Source: a virus. Taken from it: 64,000 nucleotides of DNA. The first letter of the stretch is position 1; each line of letters opens with the position of its first letter. The stretch is from positions 1-64,000 of the IMG/VR virus record IMGVR_UViG_3300033146_004399, one strand, 5' to 3'. The notes under the pieces were generated by a model, which did no database searches, was not told the DNA's origin, and saw only the letters and a list, made by a program, of their open reading frames with translations. This document shows positions 58,144-64,000 of this stretch, piece after piece. A program made the translations under genes and the position numbers.

Positions 58144-58818
58144 ATGAAAGAAAAAATGTTAAGATTATATGAAGATTGGGAACGATCACAAGATATCAGT
58201 AAAGTAAGAGAAGCAAGACGAGCACTAAAAGCTTCACAAACAAATCCTGCTCACTTTAGTAAAGTTGGTAAGATGATGGGTTTAGATGGTTCAAGATTTA
58301 ATAAATATTTCGAGGAGTCTAAATCTGAATTTTCTGATAATGTGTTTGCAGCTAAAAGAGCAGCAGCAACATTTATTCTTGAGGCTAAGGATATAGAAGT
58401 TGCAAAGCCTATAACTGCTCTTGGTATAGATAATTTTGCTCTTGCTTATGAACCAGTAACTAGCGGAGGTAGTAAGTCTATGACTTCCCATATTGAAGCT
58501 GGTACAGCAAATGGAACTGTAACAAAAATTCTTAGAGCTATTGTTGGTGGTAACATACAGCTGGCATCTGCTCTCACTATGGCAGCTTGGGGACATTTAT
58601 CTATAGGTGATCGAAACACTATATTAAATTTAGCTAAAGTGCATGGGCAGTACAATATAGGGTCTGATGTTGATAAAGATGCTGGTAACACAGTATTTTA
58701 TGGTGTTGAAGCAAAAGATGAAATTAAGAAAAAAGGTGATGTATCTAAAAATGAATTTTTAGCAATGGCTTTTCCTATGGCTGATCCACAACATACAAAA
58801 ATATATGGTGAGAAATAG
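58144..58818 (+). CDS. Hypothetical protein, possibly late/virion
   Basis: 224 aa; RBS GAGG; preceded by TTAAGATAA. Confidence 0.7.
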   Translation: MKEKMLRLYEDWERSQDISKVREARRALKASQTNPAHFSKVGKMMGLDGSRFNKYFEESKSEFSDNVFAAKRAAATFILEAKDIEVAKPITALGIDNFALAYEPVTSGGSKSMTSHIEAGTANGTVTKILRAIVGGNIQLASALTMAAWGHLSIGDRNTILNLAKVHGQYNIGSDVDKDAGNTVFYGVEAKDEIKKKGDVSKNEFLAMAFPMADPQHTKIYGEK

Positions 58819-58976
58819 TAATAATTTTACCATTTTTACTATGGAGGCGAAGACTATTAAAAATTTTAACGATGAATTGGTAGATATACGGAAATATATA
58901 AATATTATATAAGTAAAAAATAGTACAAAAATAAGCATATTTATTCTTAAGTTGATCTATATTTAAGGGGTAAAAA

Positions 58977-59321
58977 ATGGAAATGTTTAATAAAGATGGT
59001 GATCCAACTAAAGAATTTTTTGTATTTTTAAAATATAATACTATACCTTCAACTGAAGTTAAATTATTAGAATCAGACATAATGCTATATAATGATTTTT
59101 CTAGTAAAATGAGATTATTAACAAAATATGTTAATAATGATGATGATAGAATGAAAGTTATCTCGTCCTCATTGTTTTCTATGTTTGGTTATAGTAGACA
59201 CTATTGCAGTATGACTGGTTCACCTATAATCGGGAAGTATTTCAAAATTAATGGTAAAGTTGTAAGTCGTGAAGCCTATGAGTCATATAAAATAATTCAA
59301 GAAATTGAGGATAAATATTAA
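58977..59321 (+). CDS. Hypothetical protein
   Basis: 114 aa; RBS AAGGGG. Confidence 0.7.
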   Translation: MEMFNKDGDPTKEFFVFLKYNTIPSTEVKLLESDIMLYNDFSSKMRLLTKYVNNDDDRMKVISSSLFSMFGYSRHYCSMTGSPIIGKYFKINGKVVSREAYESYKIIQEIEDKY

Positions 59322-61041
59322 AATGACTATTGAAATTGATAATAAATTTGTAGAATACAATCATGATTTATTATTAGAAGATAAAAATAAAAAACGAAAT
59401 AAATTTACATATGATAACAAATCAATTTCAGTAACAAATAGAATGCAATTTTATTGTTCTAAGTGTGGCAAAACCGTAAATACTATATTTAGATACTATA
59501 ATGATTCTTTTGTAACTTTATGCAAAAATTGTAAAAAAGAATCAACTATGATAAAAAATTATGGTGTAAAATCTAATTTTTCTCGTGAAAAAGTTTTAAA
59601 CAAAATAAAACAAACTAATTTAAAACGATATGGTGTTGAAAATCCTTTTCAGTCTGAAGAAATAAAAGAGAAGATAAAGCAAACTAATTTAAAAAAATAC
59701 GGACATGTTCATGCGATGAACAATGATAATATAAAAAATAAATGTAAAGCAACTCAATTTAAAAATAATAATGGGAAATTTGCTTTTAACAGTAAAAAAC
59801 AAGAATTGACTATGATTAAAAAATATGATGTCAAACATGCTTTACAGAACAAAGAAGTTTGCCAGAAACAAAAAGAAATAATGATTAGCAAATATGGCAA
59901 CAAAAATAATTTTAATAAAATTAAAAAAACAAATTTAAAACGATATGGTGTTGAAAATCAATTTAATAGAAATTCTATAAAACAACGAATAGCAAAACAA
60001 AAAAAAATAAATTTTTTTAAATATTTAAAAAAACGAAATGAAAATATAGTTCCATTGTTTAATATTGAAGAATATACTAATGTTAGTTTAAGCTATAAAT
60101 GGCAATGTAACAAATGTAATACTAAATTTAAAGACAATATAGATGACGGTCATATACCTAGATGTCCTACTTGTTTTCCTAAATACAAATCTAAACCTGA
60201 AAAAGAAATTACTGAGTGGATTAAATCTTTAAACATTTCTAACATCATTGAAAATGACAGATCTATTTTAAGCGGTAAAGAGTTAGACATTTATTTACCT
60301 GATTATAATCTAGCTATTGAATTTAATGGACTTTACTGGCATTCAGAATTAAATGGTAAAGACAGAAATTATCATTTTAATAAAACTATTGAATGTGAGA
60401 AACAAGGTATACAATTGCTTCATATATTTGAAGATGAATGGATCGATAAACAGAATATTATAAAGAATATAATTAAAGTTAAATTAGGTTTAATAGATAA
60501 AAAAATATCTGCTAACGAGTGCACAATAAAAGAAATAGATAATCAAGAAGACTTTTTAAATGTAAACCACGTACAAGGATATATACCTGCTGAAATAAAT
60601 ATAGGTTTATATCATGAAGAAGAATTGGTTGGTCTTCTTACGTTTAGTAAATTTAGATATAATGAAGATTATGACTGGGAAATACTTAGATGTGTTGATA
60701 GATTAGATACACATGTGGTCGGTGGGTTTGCTAAAATATTGAAATATTTTACAAATAAATACAAAGGTAGTATAATAGCATACTCAGACAGAAGATTATG
60801 CAGTGTGAATATATATGAAAATAATGGATTTATGAAATTAAAATTTACCAGGCCAAGGTGTTATTATTTAAATAATAATAATTATTTTATACGCTACAAC
60901 AGACAACAATTTCAAAAACATAAACTAGATACTTTTGATCCTTCGTTAACAGAATGGCAAAATATGCAGTTAAATGGTTGGGATAGAATATGGGATGTTG
61001 GCAACAATATATTTATATATAAAGGAGAACTATATGTCTAA
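59305..61041 (+). CDS. Hef-like homing endonuclease
   Basis: KYG repeats; HIPRCPTC; KSKPEKEI...ELDIYLPDYNLAIEFNGLYWHSE; IFEDEW; WDVGN. Confidence 0.8.
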   Translation: MRINIKMTIEIDNKFVEYNHDLLLEDKNKKRNKFTYDNKSISVTNRMQFYCSKCGKTVNTIFRYYNDSFVTLCKNCKKESTMIKNYGVKSNFSREKVLNKIKQTNLKRYGVENPFQSEEIKEKIKQTNLKKYGHVHAMNNDNIKNKCKATQFKNNNGKFAFNSKKQELTMIKKYDVKHALQNKEVCQKQKEIMISKYGNKNNFNKIKKTNLKRYGVENQFNRNSIKQRIAKQKKINFFKYLKKRNENIVPLFNIEEYTNVSLSYKWQCNKCNTKFKDNIDDGHIPRCPTCFPKYKSKPEKEITEWIKSLNISNIIENDRSILSGKELDIYLPDYNLAIEFNGLYWHSELNGKDRNYHFNKTIECEKQGIQLLHIFEDEWIDKQNIIKNIIKVKLGLIDKKISANECTIKEIDNQEDFLNVNHVQGYIPAEINIGLYHEEELVGLLTFSKFRYNEDYDWEILRCVDRLDTHVVGGFAKILKYFTNKYKGSIIAYSDRRLCSVNIYENNGFMKLKFTRPRCYYLNNNNYFIRYNRQQFQKHKLDTFDPSLTEWQNMQLNGWDRIWDVGNNIFIYKGELYV

Positions 61042-61651
61042 TTATACAATGGATGACTTACTTGATGAATGTTTATATGGTAAAAAGAAAAAAAAGAAAA
61101 AGAAAATCAAAAAAATAATAGAAACAAAAGTAAATGTAAAAGAAATACTAGGTGAAGCTGAGGATAAAGATAAGGCTGAAAATGAAAAAACAGCTGATGA
61201 TGCCTCTACTCTTGATGCTAAAGATGCTACAGCTGAAAAATCGAAAGAAGACGCTGATAAAAAAGAATTAAAAGGTGATTTAGTAATGACTATCTCTTTA
61301 ACTATTTCAAACTCTAATCAAGGTAAGTTAGAAATTGGTGAGGAAGAATACGCGTCTATAACTAATATAAATTCGCTCTTAAGTCTTTACGATATTGATA
61401 CTAAAAATCTTATAGACCCTGAAAAGGCTACAGATACACTTACGTTAACTATTGAGGAACAGGTATCAAAATCAGATAAAAATAATATAGCATTAGTAAT
61501 GCGTTCTAACGTAGATGGAACTCTCTCTATTAATATTCTTATAAATGAAATGGGTCAACCATTTGATAATATAGAAGCAGCAATAGTATATTTTAACCAA
61601 CAATACCAAAATAATATTTTAAATATTATTAATAAAGAAGTCAGAGCTTAG
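61034..61651 (+). CDS. Hypothetical protein
   Basis: Start reassigned to ATG 61034 after AAGGAG; poly-Lys stretch near the N-terminus. Confidence 0.7.
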   Translation: MSNYTMDDLLDECLYGKKKKKKKKIKKIIETKVNVKEILGEAEDKDKAENEKTADDASTLDAKDATAEKSKEDADKKELKGDLVMTISLTISNSNQGKLEIGEEEYASITNINSLLSLYDIDTKNLIDPEKATDTLTLTIEEQVSKSDKNNIALVMRSNVDGTLSINILINEMGQPFDNIEAAIVYFNQQYQNNILNIINKEVRA

Positions 61652-61699
61652 TGTTAAATTACATTATTATTAAAAAAGAAAAAATAAAAGTTAATTCAA

Positions 61700-62004
61700 T
61701 AGATGGTATAGTTATCAAAATCTTTCAGAATTTCAATGTATTGAATATTGCTAAAATAATAATATTAACATATGGGATGGTTCTTCTATACCATATAGAT
61801 TTGAAAATAAAAAACACATTTATCATATAGATTTCGAAACTAATAAATATTTAATAGAAATTAAAGGTTCACACCATTGGTATAAAGAAAATTTAGCCTT
61901 AGGTAAAATAGAAGCCAAAAATAAAGCAGCTAAAGAATATGCTTCATCTATAAATAAAGAATTTTTTTCTTTTAGATGTTAAAGATTATTCTAAACATCT
62001 ATAA
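61700..62004 (+). pseudogene. PD-(D/E)XK endonuclease C-terminal remnant
   Basis: SYQNLSEFQCIEYC*NNNINIWDGSSIPYRFENKKHIYHIDFETNKYLIEIKG...KIEAKNKAAKEY; internal TAA and a T7 frameshift at 61962-61968; resembles the C-terminus of 4583-5545. Confidence 0.7.
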
Positions 62005-62025
62005 ATCATTACAGGAGTAAAACTA

Positions 62026-62679
62026 GTGGCAAATTATTATAATAACGACGAAGTACAAAATTGGGTAGTCTCATATTTAGATTATGAAAAAGAAGAAAGA
62101 AAGACAGAAGAAGGAGCATTATTTTTACGTCAAAAAATAATGATTGAGGTAGGTAAAATAGTAAACGGAATAATATTTAAACATAGATTTACAGTATGGG
62201 AATCATATGATGATTTATATCAAGAAGCTATGGAAGCATGTACTAAAGCATTAGAGAAGTTTAACCCTTTCTTTGTCACCTCTAAAGGTGAATATGCTAC
62301 TACTTTTAACTACTTCTCTTTAACTGCAAAGAGATGTTTGAAGTTTTATACCATGCGTAATCAAAAGAATAGAAATAATTACGCTCTCGAAGATTATTCC
62401 AATACTCTTCAATATACAGAAGAATTGACAGAACACTCTCAAGAAATGATTTCAGAAGAATTTATAAAACATTTAAAGGAAATTTTTATGGAATCAGGAC
62501 ATAAAAAATTTCTACCTCTTATAGATATACTCAAAGAATATTTAGAAAAAATTGGTTCATTTAATAAACGTGATTTCTTCAGATTTTCAAAATCGTATGG
62601 ATGGAGTCCCAACCTTATACGTAAATTTCTTAAAATAATTAAAGATAATAAAGACGCATTTTATGAAGTAAATGTATAA
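62026..62679 (+). CDS. Phage sigma factor, T4 gp55-like (sigma region 2)
   Basis: NYYNN start; YDDLYQEAMEAC.KALEKFNP...FNYFSL.AKR region-2 pattern; no region 4. Confidence 0.65.
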   Translation: MANYYNNDEVQNWVVSYLDYEKEERKTEEGALFLRQKIMIEVGKIVNGIIFKHRFTVWESYDDLYQEAMEACTKALEKFNPFFVTSKGEYATTFNYFSLTAKRCLKFYTMRNQKNRNNYALEDYSNTLQYTEELTEHSQEMISEEFIKHLKEIFMESGHKKFLPLIDILKEYLEKIGSFNKRDFFRFSKSYGWSPNLIRKFLKIIKDNKDAFYEVNV

Positions 62680-62711
62680 GATAATTGTATAATCGCGTAA
62701 GGAGTAATATA

Positions 62712-63872
62712 ATGTTTAACGAAAAACCAATCGATCAATTCTTATTTGAATTAGATAACAGATATCCAAATATGACCATAACAGATGACGACTCAGGTAG
62801 TCAAACTATGTTTTCTGCCAATTCTTTTAACGGTGTTAAAAGTGATCTTGGCTCATTTGAGAAAATGATGGCCATTCTAACAGGTCAGGAGAAGTTTGAA
62901 TATGGTCTACTAGATGATAAAAGAAATGTTCGAGTTCTTATTGATCAAATTAAAAATATTAATGACAGAAAAGAAGAATTAAAAAAACAAAATAAAACTG
63001 TTAATGATCAAATTAAGAGTTTAGAAAGTAATGAACATAGAAGTCCAGAAGAAAGTGAAATACTAGATAATCTTAAAAGTAAATATAAAACTTATCAACT
63101 ACAAAAACGTTTGACTCAATTTGGAACTAAAATTAAAGACCTTGATGATATTCTTAAAGATATTGAAGATGGTGTTAACGTCGGTGAAAAGAGAATAGAT
63201 AAGTATGATAGTATTGTTGGTGATCTTGAAGATGCTCTCTTCGATGAAACTTACGTTAAAAGAAATCTCAACTCTCCTAAAGGTGAAATAGGACCTAAAA
63301 ATATACGTCCTAAAGTTATGAATAATTTTCCTATAAAATATATTTCAGATACCGGAATAACATACTTTGGTATAGTTAGACCCCCATCTGGTATAATAAC
63401 CTGGGAAGGTTCAGAAGCAAGACAGGCTTGGTTGGCAGATGAAGATATTAAATCTCTGTTTCGAAGTTTTGAAAATTCAAAACGTTTTTCAAAGAATGAC
63501 ATTCTTAAAATAAGACTTAATTCAGATTATACTGTCGCTAAAGAACAAATTAATGATGCACTTTTATCTATGCGAGCTAAAACTAGTATCAGAAAGATAA
63601 CTGTTAAAGATGACAGTTCGACCATTTTGGCAGTTAAAGATTACATATTTAATGGTATGGAAAATACTGGTCTACATCCAGGTAGAGCAGATAAATTACC
63701 TGGTATTGAAACAAGAAGTAAATCTCTCGGCAGCTTCATGGATAAAATGAAAGATACAACTTCCGATAAAGAAATAAGTGTTGGTATTGACAAAAGAACT
63801 GCATATTCTAAAGGTGTTATTGAAGTAATTGATACAGTAGAATTTTGGCGGTTTATTAGAAGTCTATTCTAA
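62712..63872 (+). CDS. Hypothetical protein with coiled coil
   Basis: Start reassigned to ATG 62712 after AAGGAG. Confidence 0.7.
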   Translation: MFNEKPIDQFLFELDNRYPNMTITDDDSGSQTMFSANSFNGVKSDLGSFEKMMAILTGQEKFEYGLLDDKRNVRVLIDQIKNINDRKEELKKQNKTVNDQIKSLESNEHRSPEESEILDNLKSKYKTYQLQKRLTQFGTKIKDLDDILKDIEDGVNVGEKRIDKYDSIVGDLEDALFDETYVKRNLNSPKGEIGPKNIRPKVMNNFPIKYISDTGITYFGIVRPPSGIITWEGSEARQAWLADEDIKSLFRSFENSKRFSKNDILKIRLNSDYTVAKEQINDALLSMRAKTSIRKITVKDDSSTILAVKDYIFNGMENTGLHPGRADKLPGIETRSKSLGSFMDKMKDTTSDKEISVGIDKRTAYSKGVIEVIDTVEFWRFIRSLF

Positions 63873-64000
63873 TGTTCTATCCTGTATATGAAAATGACAA
63901 TAAATTAATTGTTGCTATATTTGAATTTACTGAAGATGATATAAATTATGAACCTGCACCGGCAAGTGGTTCCGATTATGATGAATATGTTTATTCAGAT
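63872..64000 (+). CDS. 5' part of a hypothetical protein, truncated by window end
   Basis: ATG overlaps the upstream TAA; open frame MFYPVYENDNKLIVAIFEF... to the window end. Confidence 0.6.
   Translation, partial: MFYPVYENDNKLIVAIFEFTEDDINYEPAPASGSDYDEYVYSD

Overview
This is a 64 kb segment of a very AT-rich jumbo myophage genome, most likely infecting a Gram-negative host. The evidence is baseplate gp25/gp6/gpI-like genes, giant tail-fibre-like proteins, a gp55-like sigma factor, six putative free-standing homing endonucleases plus one remnant, and dense small ORFs. The main result is two radical SAM (rSAM) peptide-modification systems flanking the baseplate genes. (1) At 2-2924 there is a CXXX-repeat system. 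Its Cys-every-fourth-residue substrate (2-133, + strand, cut by the window edge) is missing from the ORF track. (2) Between the baseplate and tail-fibre genes (12.5-30.6 kb) lies an island with eight rSAM enzymes, divergent KdsA- and KdsB-like enzymes, a transaldolase, a PLP aminotransferase and a split carbamoyltransferase. It also holds a 307-aa protein built from 11-residue C-S-T-x-[Y/H]-x-N-[S/T]-N-N-[Y/A] repeats. Each repeat carries both a triceptide-like aromatic-X-Asn motif and an NxxC motif, so this may be an undescribed phage system that crosslinks and/or glycosylates a virion protein. Other signals: endonuclease genes inserted at gene starts with duplicated 5' ends, a probable ATC start codon, a recurring TA(A)AGATA late-promoter candidate, a shared C-terminal motif in small proteins, captured host-gene remnants and several tandem-repeat expansions. 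All family assignments come from motif recognition by eye; no database searches were run.
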